From: a virus
Strand: one strand, 5' to 3'
Virus record (IMG/VR): IMGVR_UViG_3300032753_000003
Span: 32,001-96,000 of that record
Length of the DNA: 64,000 bases
Under the pieces are notes generated by a model. The model worked only from the letters and a program-made list of their open reading frames with translations. It was not told the origin of the DNA and searched no databases. Shown in pieces: positions 26,394-36,373 of the stretch. The position numbers and the translations under genes were made by a program. Numbering within the stretch: position 1 is the stretch's first letter; each line of letters begins with the position of its first letter.

Positions 26394-27444
26394 TTATAAA
26401 AGGTCTGCAATCTTTTGGGCATCAGCTAATAATCTAGCCTTAACTTCCTCTGCTCTAGCTTTGGCTTGAGGAGTCTCAGCTTTTTCAAATTTCTTAGCAT
26501 TAGCTGCACCTGTCATCCTAGCTAGATAACTGTTTTTGAACTTTGTTATAAATGCATCGTAATTGGGAATGTCTTTTAGGTTTCGGTAACCAAATAGATC
26601 ATTAGCCTCGAAGCTCTTAGCCAACCCTCTAATTGAAGCCACAAGGTTTTCGGGAGTTATAGCGTCTGGGTCAATGCCCGGATGCGATGCTAATTCTGGA
26701 TCTATCTCAAGTTTGGCAGTTGGATGGATATTCTTTACCATATACTTTAGCAGATCTAGAGCAAAATTATGTATGTCTGTAGTGATAGTTTCTACTTTAT
26801 CTGGATTTCGTTCTTTGGCAAATTCAACTGGTTCGCCATCCTTAATTTTTATCTGCACTCCTGCTCCATATATACTCAAGTGCAGCATTTGTCCGAGTGT
26901 ACTAAACAGATTTCCATATGCAGATCCCTTAACTCCTTGGGCAGGTGTCATTCTGTACCTCTGCCAGTTAGCCAGTTTAGGTTCTGTCCATACTAGATCA
27001 ATTTGCACATATATACCGTTACCAATTGAAACTATAATATGGCCGCCAGATGGTTTGCCAGTATTATAGATTTACATCGCGTATAAATTGGTCTAATAGT
27101 TTATTGATACGACTGGATATTTGCGTCGCAGTTAACCCATCTTCTGGTGGAGACACTACTAACATTTGAAGATCTATATCACCATATGTCTTGTCGTTTG
27201 AATCGGATTTATACCAAGCTGTACTGCCCAATGGATGTCCAACTTGTATTGATATTTCTGTGCCTGATTTCTGTAGATAAGAATTGAAATCTTTAGAGAA
27301 TTTATTAGCTATTGCAAGAGCGGCAGACACTACACCGGGTGTAATGACTGTTTTCTGGGTGATAGGATCTTCCCAACCACCTTCGTTGAATATGAATAAA
27401 GGTAATCTTTGGTTTGGTGTTTCAAATATATCTATCAAACGCAT
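26394..27444 (-). pseudogene. Nucleotidyltransferase-fold protein, frameshifted near 27064-27075
   Basis: GST...YGDIDL Pol-beta motif in ORF1 (MRLIDI tag); reading continues in the +1 frame as IYNTGKPSGGHIIVSIGNGIYVQIDLVW, supplying the third Asp. Confidence 0.65.
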
Positions 27445-27593
27445 AGATTATTTATCGAATGGTTGCCTATTGATATTTGAGAAATCAGTGCATATATAAT
27501 ATTGTAAATGATAGATATATTTTCACTTGACAGCACGACTACGGTATGTTAGTCTTTGATCTACCAATGAGTAAAATCTAGTTTGGTATAACA

Positions 27594-29090
27594 ATGGAGA
27601 TGGAGAACGTCATGAAAACAGCTTCAAAGAACATTAAGAAAACATCTAATAAAAGTCCCGCTGTTACTACTAACAAGACAACCAAACAGTTGGATCCAGT
27701 AAAGTTGTATCTTCGAGATGTTAGCAAAGCTCCTCTACTCAACCACGCTAGAGAGATTGAGCTTAGTCAGACCATTGAGAATTCTAAGCAAACCATAATG
27801 GATACGTTGTTTGCTGTACCGCTCACAATCAAAACTGTATCACAGTGGATTGGCGAGATATCAGCTGGTTCTAAACCAGCAACTGACGTATTTGACGTTG
27901 AACTCGATGATGAAGATCTAATTACCGATAAATTCCGCGAACAACTTAATAAGTTTAATGTACTATGCGGTAGATATCTTGCAGATCTGGATATCAAGAG
28001 CGCCAAAGCTGAGCTAATTGCTGCATTTAATGATCTTCATCTAAACACAGCAGCAATGGGCAAACTTTTGAAAGATATCCAGGATCTTAACAAGAAAGTT
28101 ACTGCATGTGACGGACGCATGCTCAAATTGGCTACAGAATGCGGAATATCCAGAGAAGACTTCATTCAGGCGTATGTTGGCAATGAGCATATGCGTTGGC
28201 TACAGAGTATGAAGGGCAAGTCTTGGCAGAAGTTTGCCAACAAGCATAATGAGATCTTTGATATCGTAGGAGAAATGCAGAAATATGCAGATGATGCCGG
28301 GTTGGGTGTAACAGAACTACGCACAGCGGTTAAAGTTCTAACACAACAGGCGCGTGCAAAGGAAACAGCTATCAATGAAATGGTTACAGCCAATTTGCGA
28401 TTGGTAGTATCTGTTGCAAAGAAGTACAATCAGCAGAATAACAATCAGATATTGGATTTGGTACAGGAAGGTAATATTGGACTGATCAAAGCTGTAGAGA
28501 AATTCAAGTGGCAATTGGGTTATCGATTCAGTACATATGCTACATGGTGGATCCGACAGGCTATCATCAAAGCTGTAAATGAGCAGAACAAGACCATACG
28601 TATTCCAAGCCATGTTATGGATGCTGTCAAAAAGATCAACAAGGCTATCAAGGATCACGTTAACGCTACGGGACATGAACCAACCAATGCCGAAGTTGGT
28701 GTAATGTTGGGCATGTCTGAGGACAAAGTTGCTCGCATGTTGCGAGTAGCCAAAGATCCAATATCTCTAGAAACTCCTGTTGGAGATGAGGACAATGGTA
28801 CTCTAGGCAGCTACATCGAAGACACTGAAAGCGAGAATGCATTTGATCAGATCGCCAAAGCAGATGTCAACAAGGTTGTGGCAGATACGTTGTCTGGTCT
28901 TAGCAGCAGGGAAGAACGTGTGCTGCGTATGAGGTTTGGCATTGGCACAATGGAAGAATATACCCTTGAGGAAATTGGCAATAAGTTTAAAGTAACTCGA
29001 GAACGTGTTAGGCAGATTGAAAGCAAGGCGCTGAGTCGCTTGCGTAGTCCGCAGCGTGCCAAAGATTTGCAAAACGCAATCAACGATTAA
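27594..29090 (+). CDS. rpoD: RpoD-like primary sigma factor lacking region 1.1
   Basis: DPVKLYLR (1.2), non-conserved region, ANLRLVVSVAKKY, DLVQEGNIGL, FSTYATWWIRQAI, VTRERVRQIESKAL. Confidence 0.95.
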   Translation: MEMENVMKTASKNIKKTSNKSPAVTTNKTTKQLDPVKLYLRDVSKAPLLNHAREIELSQTIENSKQTIMDTLFAVPLTIKTVSQWIGEISAGSKPATDVFDVELDDEDLITDKFREQLNKFNVLCGRYLADLDIKSAKAELIAAFNDLHLNTAAMGKLLKDIQDLNKKVTACDGRMLKLATECGISREDFIQAYVGNEHMRWLQSMKGKSWQKFANKHNEIFDIVGEMQKYADDAGLGVTELRTAVKVLTQQARAKETAINEMVTANLRLVVSVAKKYNQQNNNQILDLVQEGNIGLIKAVEKFKWQLGYRFSTYATWWIRQAIIKAVNEQNKTIRIPSHVMDAVKKINKAIKDHVNATGHEPTNAEVGVMLGMSEDKVARMLRVAKDPISLETPVGDEDNGTLGSYIEDTESENAFDQIAKADVNKVVADTLSGLSSREERVLRMRFGIGTMEEYTLEEIGNKFKVTRERVRQIESKALSRLRSPQRAKDLQNAIND

Positions 29091-29156
29091 TAACAATAGG
29101 TGCAAGGTAACACACTTGCACCTATATTTCTATACAAATTGAATTGTATAGTCAGA

Positions 29157-29183
29157 AGAAAAGGGCGACAAGCGCCCTTTTCT
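29157..29183. terminator. Bidirectional intrinsic terminator
   Basis: AGAAAAGGGCG-ACAAG-CGCCCTTTTCT. Confidence 0.85.
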
Positions 29184-29203
29184 AAATATCAGTTGATCAA
29201 TAA

Positions 29204-29485
29204 TCAACGATGTGTATTCTGATCAACCACAAAATATCCAGTAGCAGCGCCAACGCCACCACCAATGATAGCAGTGCCAGCAACCGTTCCTTCAACTGTG
29301 GTGGTACCAAGACCAGTAGCTAGAGCTGATCCAGTTCCTGCTGCTGCGCCAATTGCGCCACCAGCGAGAGTACCAACGCCAGCGAGCTGGAGAGTTGTTC
29401 CAAGCTTAGGCTGAGTTGGCTTAACAGCCGTTCCAGTTCCAAATAGTCCTGCAGCAATAATTGCTACTACAACGAGAGGTGCCAT
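29204..29485 (-). CDS. Gly/Ala-rich glycine-zipper-like membrane peptide (93 aa)
   Basis: AAGGA RBS before ATG 29485; LAGGAIGAAAG and IIGGGVGAATG. Confidence 0.7.
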   Translation of the reverse strand: MAPLVVVAIIAAGLFGTGTAVKPTQPKLGTTLQLAGVGTLAGGAIGAAAGTGSALATGLGTTTVEGTVAGTAIIGGGVGAATGYFVVDQNTHR

Positions 29486-29722
29486 GTTTATTTTCCTTTC
29501 ATGTTTCCTAATGTTAATTACAACAAAAACTTCTAACTGCAATATCTTAAATAAGATTGTGTTAGAAGAACACTGTTATATTACTGATCATTAGAGCAAA
29601 GGTCAATATATGACCGCCGCATATGTTGCATCGCATGATCTCACAGTATTCGCATATACTTAGTCCAGATGTTAAACAAATGCATCTTTACAGACAAATT
29701 TATGTGTAGTATATTTTAAATT

Positions 29723-29980
29723 ATGGGTATTGTGAACACAGAATTTAAGAGGCTAACTGTTAGAGAAGTTATGATATGGGGCACCGTTGTGTTTCCAAAC
29801 GCAACTACATATGACAATTGGCCGCAAGTAGATTGTTCATTTAACTCTTTGTCACAACTGGAAGAAATAGTATCGTGGTGCGATTTGCAGTTTGGACACG
29901 ACAATTGGTTTAGAATTGGTAAAGATTGGTTATTCACAGACACCAACGCTGCAACGTTGTTTAAATTAACATGGACATGA
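29723..29980 (+). CDS. WC...FxLxW-family small protein
   Basis: SWCDLQFG...WLFTDTNAATLFKLTWT. Confidence 0.75.
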   Translation: MGIVNTEFKRLTVREVMIWGTVVFPNATTYDNWPQVDCSFNSLSQLEEIVSWCDLQFGHDNWFRIGKDWLFTDTNAATLFKLTWT

Positions 29981-30219
29981 GAAAAGAAAGGATGCTATCT
30001 AATTTCCCCAAGTTAGATGCCAACCGTAATATAACAGCACAATCATTTAAGGATGCTGGATATTATGGTGTAGAATGGGTTAACGTAGATGTTAGAGTAT
30101 TTGTTAATGCTATAACATGGTGCGACGACAACATGAAAGATCGTTATGATTTTGTTGATCGTTATTTTTGGTTTACAACAATAGAAGATGCAACACATTT
30201 TAGGTTAGTGTTCACATGA
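29971..30219 (+). CDS. WC...FxLxW-family small protein
   Basis: TWCDDNM...FWFTTIEDATHFRLVFT. Confidence 0.75.
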   Translation: MDMRKERMLSNFPKLDANRNITAQSFKDAGYYGVEWVNVDVRVFVNAITWCDDNMKDRYDFVDRYFWFTTIEDATHFRLVFT

Positions 30220-30476
30220 CTGATATTCCAGAGGTTCTATACGGTATACCAATTACCAACATGAGCGATCAACAGATTTACAAAGCAATGAACTTTTCTA
30301 TGACTGTTGAACCATGGTTGAACGCTAACATTGGCGAGTTTGGTAAGGATTGGTTTGTCGAACTAGATAAAGAATTTAACAGTTTAAGATTGTATTTTAA
30401 AGACAACGAAACAGAAGTATATTTTAAACTGGCTTGGTTACACGGAGCAAAGGAAGATTATGAAGTGGAGAGCTAG
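30216..30476 (+). CDS. WC...FxLxW-family small protein
   Basis: PWLNANIG...LYFKDNETEVYFKLAWL. Confidence 0.75.
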   Translation: MTDIPEVLYGIPITNMSDQQIYKAMNFSMTVEPWLNANIGEFGKDWFVELDKEFNSLRLYFKDNETEVYFKLAWLHGAKEDYEVES

Positions 30477-30753
30477 GAAGATTGATAATCGCAATCAAAT
30501 GTTTGGATATATGGATTATCAGGTAATCTGTAGCTTGCCCGAATTTTTTGATGCTAGAGATTGGTGCTGGGAACAATGGGGTCCGGGTATCGAATATGAG
30601 CATTTCCGCAATCATATGAATTATACAGGTCAAACAAAATATTGGGTATGGGATTGCACTAAGTATCAAGGGTCTAGCATAAACAATGGTAAGATATATC
30701 TCAAAGACGAACATGCTATGACATTATTCAAATTGAGATGGACTGAGGATTAA
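30460..30753 (+). CDS. WC...FxLxW-family small protein
   Basis: DWCWEQWG...IYLKDEHAMTLFKLRWTED. Confidence 0.75.
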   Translation: MKWRARKIDNRNQMFGYMDYQVICSLPEFFDARDWCWEQWGPGIEYEHFRNHMNYTGQTKYWVWDCTKYQGSSINNGKIYLKDEHAMTLFKLRWTED

Positions 30754-30756
30754 CAA

Positions 30757-31692
30757 ATGGTAGATAGAATTACAAATGATAAACCCAACAGTTTAAACGT
30801 ATGTTGGGAACCTACCAGCACTTGCAATTATTCATGCTGGTATTGTCCAGAAGAACTGCATGACGGAAAATATAGATGGCCCGATTTAGATACAGCACTT
30901 TCATTCTTCAAAAATATTGCAGCTAAACGTGATACTGTACACATTGATATGGTTGGGGGTGAGCCAACGTTGTGGCCGGATATAGATGAGTTTCTAGATA
31001 AGAAGCCAGACAATGTTCATGTGGAAATCAGCAGCAATGGCGCAAGGACTGTTAGATGGTGGCGTCAAAATTTCTCTAAGATGGCAGGTGCTACGTTAAC
31101 CTTCCATCCCAACTCTGCCGATCCTGATCATTTTTATGACTTATGCGAAGCATTACATGATATGGATAAAGAACTGCATGTATTCATAATGGCAGTTAAG
31201 AGCAAGATTGATGTTTGTCAGTCGCTATTCACTAGGCTCAAAGAGTCTGGATTTAAGATCAGTGTAAGTACCAAGATGCTAGATGTACGACATGACGATG
31301 CTAGAATGCCAATAGCTGAAATAAATTCAGATGCAGACATAGTACATTTACTTAAAACCAATAGATTCAATAGACGCAAACACGGCAAATATGTTAGTAA
31401 GCCTAACATATCGTATTTGAACGGCGAAGAATTTGACCATCTGCTAGCACCTTTGCATAAGAAAAATTTATTCAAAGGTTGGACTTGCTGGGCAGGTGTT
31501 ACTAGATTATATATTAAACCAAACGGAGACATATATAGGGGATCTTGTCGCAACGGTGGTGTAATAGGTAATATCAACAACAATTTAGACATATTAGATA
31601 TTAAACCTGAGATTTGCCAACTAGCACAATGTAACTGTATTGATGAGATATTGATAGAAAAACATTATCCACTAAATGAGAATGAATCATGA
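30757..31692 (+). CDS. Radical SAM protein with C-terminal twitch/SPASM-like domain
   Basis: CNYSCWYC, GGEPT, SSNG; CWAG...RGSC...CQLAQCNC. Confidence 0.9.
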   Translation: MVDRITNDKPNSLNVCWEPTSTCNYSCWYCPEELHDGKYRWPDLDTALSFFKNIAAKRDTVHIDMVGGEPTLWPDIDEFLDKKPDNVHVEISSNGARTVRWWRQNFSKMAGATLTFHPNSADPDHFYDLCEALHDMDKELHVFIMAVKSKIDVCQSLFTRLKESGFKISVSTKMLDVRHDDARMPIAEINSDADIVHLLKTNRFNRRKHGKYVSKPNISYLNGEEFDHLLAPLHKKNLFKGWTCWAGVTRLYIKPNGDIYRGSCRNGGVIGNINNNLDILDIKPEICQLAQCNCIDEILIEKHYPLNENES

Positions 31693-32060
31693 CTGCTGCG
31701 GTTCACCCGGTTATCGTATCAATGATGAATAATATAATATACAATAGTGGAATGATTATTGATCAAAGATCTAGTCATGTAATAGAAAATTGGTATCGCT
31801 GTCGTACCCGTGTAAGTTCAGCAATTTATAAAGTATTTGTGAGGCTCAATAACCGTCGCAAAACACAAGGAATTGAGGATTTTATATCCGCTGAATATCC
31901 AACTTATAAAAGTGAACAGTTTCTTTTGAAATTGTCTGAATGTACAGAATGGTGTAATGACCAATTTGGTAAAAATGGTTATTTTAGAATTGGTAAAGAA
32001 TTGATATTTAAAAACTCCAAAGATCTAATGCTATACAAGCTAAGATGGGAAAATGAATAA
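31689..32060 (+). CDS. WC...FxLxW-family protein
   Basis: EWCNDQFG...LIFKNSKDLMLYKLRWENE. Confidence 0.75.
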   Translation: MTAAVHPVIVSMMNNIIYNSGMIIDQRSSHVIENWYRCRTRVSSAIYKVFVRLNNRRKTQGIEDFISAEYPTYKSEQFLLKLSECTEWCNDQFGKNGYFRIGKELIFKNSKDLMLYKLRWENE

Positions 32061-32085
32061 ATTCAAATCAATAGTTAGGTAAATT

Positions 32086-32340
32086 ATGTTCAAATATCAG
32101 CTAGCAATAATAGATATATTAACAAGTAACGATCCTCCACTATTAACTACAGACGATTACACAATTGATCTCAAAAATCTCACCAATCTCCTTAAAGAAC
32201 TATGTCCTGGCAATTTTGAATTAAAATGGAAAGATCCCAACAAGAGAATGGGATTATTCGACGGGGTAGATATTCATCTGATAGAACCAGTTTTTGAAAA
32301 TGATTATGATAGAATGGAGTGGATGCTGCGTTATGAGTAA
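32086..32340 (+). CDS. CPG subfamily of the FxLxW small proteins
   Basis: LKELCPG...VFENDYDRMEWMLRYE. Confidence 0.7.
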   Translation: MFKYQLAIIDILTSNDPPLLTTDDYTIDLKNLTNLLKELCPGNFELKWKDPNKRMGLFDGVDIHLIEPVFENDYDRMEWMLRYE

Positions 32341-32578
32341 ACCTTATTTTGTCAAAGTGATTGAAAACATAGCGTGGGACACTGTAATTGAACCCGGGTC
32401 ATATAATATCAATAAAATATGCGCTAAACTTAAAAGAGTTTGTCCAGGAGATTATGAAATTGAAATCAATCCAGATATCTCCAAAATGGATTTATGTGTA
32501 AATGGAAAGAGTTTTGGCATATACTTGGTGTTTAGTGACATATATTCTCGTTTAGAATGGTTATTGAAATATAGCTGA
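32333..32578 (+). CDS. CPG subfamily of the FxLxW small proteins
   Basis: LKRVCPG...VFSDIYSRLEWLLKYS; paralog of the preceding gene. Confidence 0.7.
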   Translation: MSKPYFVKVIENIAWDTVIEPGSYNINKICAKLKRVCPGDYEIEINPDISKMDLCVNGKSFGIYLVFSDIYSRLEWLLKYS

Positions 32579-32633
32579 TTGACTAACCTTTTGCTAGCTG
32601 CTATTCTAACTTAGAATAATTTGGAGAAATATT

Positions 32634-32843
32634 ATGGTACCAGATAATATTGTATGTGTTGATTTTAACCTCAATCCAAACTTAGATAATAGGTCAAAGT
32701 TCTTGAACATCTGCAAAACTGAGCTTTGTGAAGATGATTATGTTGACCTGTTAGAAGCTATTATTAGTCCATATTATTACAATAAATGTGACGAAGTTAT
32801 ACAAGATTTAGTTAATATCTATTATGATAGATACCATACCTAG
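32634..32843 (+). CDS. Hypothetical protein
   Basis: GGAG RBS; TTGACT-N17-TATTCT upstream. Confidence 0.65.
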   Translation: MVPDNIVCVDFNLNPNLDNRSKFLNICKTELCEDDYVDLLEAIISPYYYNKCDEVIQDLVNIYYDRYHT

Positions 32844-32927
32844 TTAACTTTTATAATGAAAATAAATGATATTAGACTTTTTGGATAAACTGCATATAAT
32901 CATTGTAGTTTAATCAAGAGGTTATCT

Positions 32928-33152
32928 ATGAATCTTCTCAAAGATCGTCCAGACAAGAACCGTGTTTACATACAATGCAGTGAGACTGAGAGAAAAGTAA
33001 AAGCCACAATCCTTAAAAAGGATGATAGGTTATTACAAGTAGAGATGCCAACCGGATTTGTATTGACAATGCAAAAACGCAACCGACGTACTCACTATTC
33101 ATTCAAGGTAGGTATAGTTGAATTTCATAGCGACGGTAAACCAGTAGTTTAG
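32928..33152 (+). CDS. Hypothetical protein
   Basis: GAGG RBS. Confidence 0.7.
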   Translation: MNLLKDRPDKNRVYIQCSETERKVKATILKKDDRLLQVEMPTGFVLTMQKRNRRTHYSFKVGIVEFHSDGKPVV

Positions 33153-33457
33153 TAAGAGTTGCCAGCGAACGTGAAACTGGTAGTACCGTTTGTGCTGTAT
33201 ACAAAAATACCTTGTAGCAAACCAAGTGCTATATTTTGTAGTGTTACTGTATGATTGGGTGGTATGATAGTATTATATAGTAACCAAGATGTTTCGTCCG
33301 GTTGAAGGTTAGCATTGGTATTAACGCCGACATTAATAATGTCGGCAGTTGATGATTGATTAACTAGGAAGAGGTTGCCTAAGACACCATTTCCATTTGG
33401 CACATAGTATAATAAAGATATATCATTTGCTACTGGTATAATATCAGCTAAAATCAT
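33149..33457 (-). CDS. Hypothetical beta-rich protein, possibly structural
   Basis: TAAATAC upstream; downstream of the fibre gene. Confidence 0.6.
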   Translation of the reverse strand: MILADIIPVANDISLLYYVPNGNGVLGNLFLVNQSSTADIINVGVNTNANLQPDETSWLLYNTIIPPNHTVTLQNIALGLLQGIFVYSTNGTTSFTFAGNSY

Positions 33458-33513
33458 ATAGTATTTACTCTAATACAAATCTAAAAATTGTACAATCACA
33501 AATGCACACCTTA

Positions 33514-35010
33514 TTAAGGGTGAGAATTTTTGTAAGTGTTAAATTCCAAAGTCAGCGCGTCTAGCTTTTCACTGAGCTCTTGTATAGCCTTAGTCAATAA
33601 CGGTACCAAGCTAGATTCGCGAATGCCCAATGATGTTTGCACAGTTCCGTCTTCTGTAATAGAATCACTACTTTCTATTACAGAACCAACATAATTGGTA
33701 TTAGCCAAGGTCGTTTGGACTTCCTGTGCTATGAAACCCACATGAGTTCCATCTGAGAAATCATGTTTACTGTCGTCAACAAACTCAAATGTAACTGGTC
33801 TCAATTGGTTAACTAAATCAAGTGTGCTATCTAAATCTGTTATATTTTTCTTATATTGCTGATCAGAAACATATATGATAGAATTAGCAACCCATATAGT
33901 TCCGTTTACTTGCAACGGGTATGCTCCGTTACTACTTGTGTATCCTATTAGTGTAGTTCCTGTTAATGTAGCACCAGAGGCCAGTATATTGCCGTCTATT
34001 TGTAATAGATATCCGCCCGAATTAACTACAGTATAGCCCATCAAGGTAGTTCCGCTAACAATTAGGTTTCCACCAATGATTGCATACCCATATGAAACGT
34101 TAAGGTTGCCCCCTTCTATGTAGACATTGCCGCTTACACCTAACCCACCGCCGACTGTTAACGCGCCAGTGTCATAGCTGGTGCTAGGAGTATTATTGAT
34201 TATGTTGAGTATATTTGATATTTGTCCGCCATTGAACTCTGGTCCAGTTGGACCCTGTGGACCGGTATATCCAATTGGTCCCATAGTACCGGCTATACCC
34301 TGACTTCCTGTAGGACCGGTAGGGCCGTTAGCAGGTCCTGTTGGACCTGTTGCACCAGTGTTAGCTGCAGTTCCGTCTGCACCTGTCGGACCAAAAGGAC
34401 CGGTCGGTCCGCCGGGTCCAGTTGGCCCGGGATATCCTTGTTCTCCAGTAGGACCAGTAACAACGCTCGGTGCACCTGTAGCACCTGGATATCCTGTTGG
34501 ACCTATTGATCCAGTTGGACCGGTACTACCCATAGGACCAAGCGGACCTATAATACCTGTTGGACCTGTAACACCAATAGGACCTGTAACACCAATTGAA
34601 CCAGTTGGTCCTGTAACGCCAGTTGGTCCAGTTTTACCTATACCAGTTGGTCCAAACGGCCCAATTGGTCCGGTTGCACCTGTTGGACCTGTTGCACCAG
34701 TGTTAACTGCTGTTCCTGGTATTCCCGTTGGACCGGTTGGACCTCCTGCGGGTCCTGTAGGACCTGTTGCACCAGTGTTAACTGCTGTTCCTGGTATTCC
34801 CGTTGGACCGGTTGGACCGGTAGAACCTATTTGGCCATAAGCGCCTGTTGGGCCAGTTGAACCAGACGGACCTCGGTTTCCAGTTGGCCCTGTTGCGCCC
34901 GTATTAACAGCATAACCTGCTGCTCCAGTCGGGCCAGTTGGACCTCCTGCGGGACCTTGCGGACCAGTTGGTCCCATTTGATTTATAACCGGATATGTGT
35001 AAACGCTCAT
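33514..35010 (-). CDS. Collagen-like (Gly-Pro-Thr) fibre protein with C-terminal peptidase S74 intramolecular chaperone
   Basis: About 250 aa of G-X-T triplets; SDQQYKKNI...LRPVTF...GFIAQEVQ...AIQEL chaperone motifs; ATAAATA 35038-35044. Confidence 0.9.
   Translation of the reverse strand: MSVYTYPVINQMGPTGPQGPAGGPTGPTGAAGYAVNTGATGPTGNRGPSGSTGPTGAYGQIGSTGPTGPTGIPGTAVNTGATGPTGPAGGPTGPTGIPGTAVNTGATGPTGATGPIGPFGPTGIGKTGPTGVTGPTGSIGVTGPIGVTGPTGIIGPLGPMGSTGPTGSIGPTGYPGATGAPSVVTGPTGEQGYPGPTGPGGPTGPFGPTGADGTAANTGATGPTGPANGPTGPTGSQGIAGTMGPIGYTGPQGPTGPEFNGGQISNILNIINNTPSTSYDTGALTVGGGLGVSGNVYIEGGNLNVSYGYAIIGGNLIVSGTTLMGYTVVNSGGYLLQIDGNILASGATLTGTTLIGYTSSNGAYPLQVNGTIWVANSIIYVSDQQYKKNITDLDSTLDLVNQLRPVTFEFVDDSKHDFSDGTHVGFIAQEVQTTLANTNYVGSVIESSDSITEDGTVQTSLGIRESSLVPLLTKAIQELSEKLDALTLEFNTYKNSHP
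34685..34818. repeat. Exact 59-nt direct repeat within the collagen region
   Basis: 34685-34743 identical to 34760-34818 (75-nt period). Confidence 0.85.
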
Positions 35011-35081
35011 GATGTCACTTTTGTCTGGTGGTATCCATATTTATGTTAGATATTGCGCAATGAGATTCAGATAAATATGTC

Positions 35082-35540
35082 ATGACTCTTGCTCCTAGCG
35101 TTTGGCCTTTACCTTATGGCGTAACTATTAGAACTGATTATAGCCCTGACCATAATTATGCTATACCCCGCAGTCAGACACAGTGCTGGCCTGTTCAACT
35201 AAACGAATATCAACAAGTTAATATAGCCGCTATACATAACGGCTGGATAGGACATCAAGCATGGACTCTAAGAGCTTGGTTAAGTCCTGATCCAAGCGGC
35301 GGCAATGTTCTTCCGTCAGCGTACGGTGTAAGACAAAATGTACATTTAACCTATGCAGGAAATACCTGGGACTTTTATGCAGTTGGATTGCCACCAAATT
35401 TAATACAAAATGCAAACACAGCATATGTAATAAATCCTGCTCAAATCTATTATTTTAATATACAGAATATTTCAAATACAGACGACGGATATTATTGTAG
35501 ATTTACTTTCACAGGTGCTGGCACTACACTAGTGATATGA
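35082..35540 (+). CDS. Hypothetical protein, late-promoter driven
   Basis: ATAAATA at 35071-35077; aromatic beta-rich sequence. Confidence 0.7.
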   Translation: MTLAPSVWPLPYGVTIRTDYSPDHNYAIPRSQTQCWPVQLNEYQQVNIAAIHNGWIGHQAWTLRAWLSPDPSGGNVLPSAYGVRQNVHLTYAGNTWDFYAVGLPPNLIQNANTAYVINPAQIYYFNIQNISNTDDGYYCRFTFTGAGTTLVI

Positions 35541-36352
35541 ATCAGATAGAAATATTCAAACGATCGATAACAGTACTAGACACTGAAACTACTAATCTAT
35601 TACCAGACCTTTGCGAAATTGTTGAAGTAGCTGGTACGCTATGGCAAGATGGCAACTGGGAAGCAAGTAGCATGTTGCTAGGTGCTCACAAAGGTATACC
35701 ACCAGAAGCCAGTGCAAAAAACAACATTTCAAATCGTATGATACATGGTCTTTCAACATTTGATCGCAGTGCAACAGCAGTTAAAAATATATTAAACTGG
35801 CCTCGTTCAAAATGGTATGTAGCTCATAATGCAGATTATGATATGATAGCTCTGAAGACTGCGTTTAGCCGTATTGATAGACAAGAGGATGCGGCGTTAT
35901 GTACAGACAAATCTCGATGGATATGTACATGGAGACTGAGCAAACAGATACTATCGCATGAGTTTAATGACATACAATATGGTCTCAGTTACCTACGATA
36001 TAAATTAGATCTGCCAATAGCCGATACAGTTGGTGTACATAGAGCAGATGCAGATACTTTGGTTTGCGCAAAATTGCTAGATAGATTGATAGATATTGCT
36101 ATCAAAAATGGTCAAATTGATCAATCTAAAGATATAGGTGTTCAGCTAAACGAGTTGTGTTGGGGACACATACCTGTTAAGACGTGGCCGTTTGGCAAGC
36201 ATAAAGGTCAACGTTTAGAAGATCTAGATAACGACTATTATAGTTGGGCTCTCAAGAACTTACCACAACTTAATGAAAAAGATTCTTCATATGACGATGA
36301 CTTAGCTGAGAGCATCAGACAAGTATTAGAAAAAAGATTTGTTGTTTCTTAA
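35537..36352 (+). CDS. DEDDh 3'-5' exonuclease (ExoX-like) with C-terminal WPFGKHKG domain
   Basis: LDTETT, AHNADYD, ICTWRL, HRADAD. Confidence 0.9.
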   Translation: MNQIEIFKRSITVLDTETTNLLPDLCEIVEVAGTLWQDGNWEASSMLLGAHKGIPPEASAKNNISNRMIHGLSTFDRSATAVKNILNWPRSKWYVAHNADYDMIALKTAFSRIDRQEDAALCTDKSRWICTWRLSKQILSHEFNDIQYGLSYLRYKLDLPIADTVGVHRADADTLVCAKLLDRLIDIAIKNGQIDQSKDIGVQLNELCWGHIPVKTWPFGKHKGQRLEDLDNDYYSWALKNLPQLNEKDSSYDDDLAESIRQVLEKRFVVS

Positions 36353-36373
36353 TTCCAATTAGGAAGGTATATC

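Noticed and set aside
32856-32888. Mini-ORF MKINDIRLFG consisting only of the cargo tag
   Set aside because: Ten codons with no RBS in AT-rich intergenic DNA; chance is sufficient
34222-34840. Pro/Val/Gly-rich ORFs opposite the collagen gene
   Set aside because: Antisense shadows of GGN-CCN-ACN repeats
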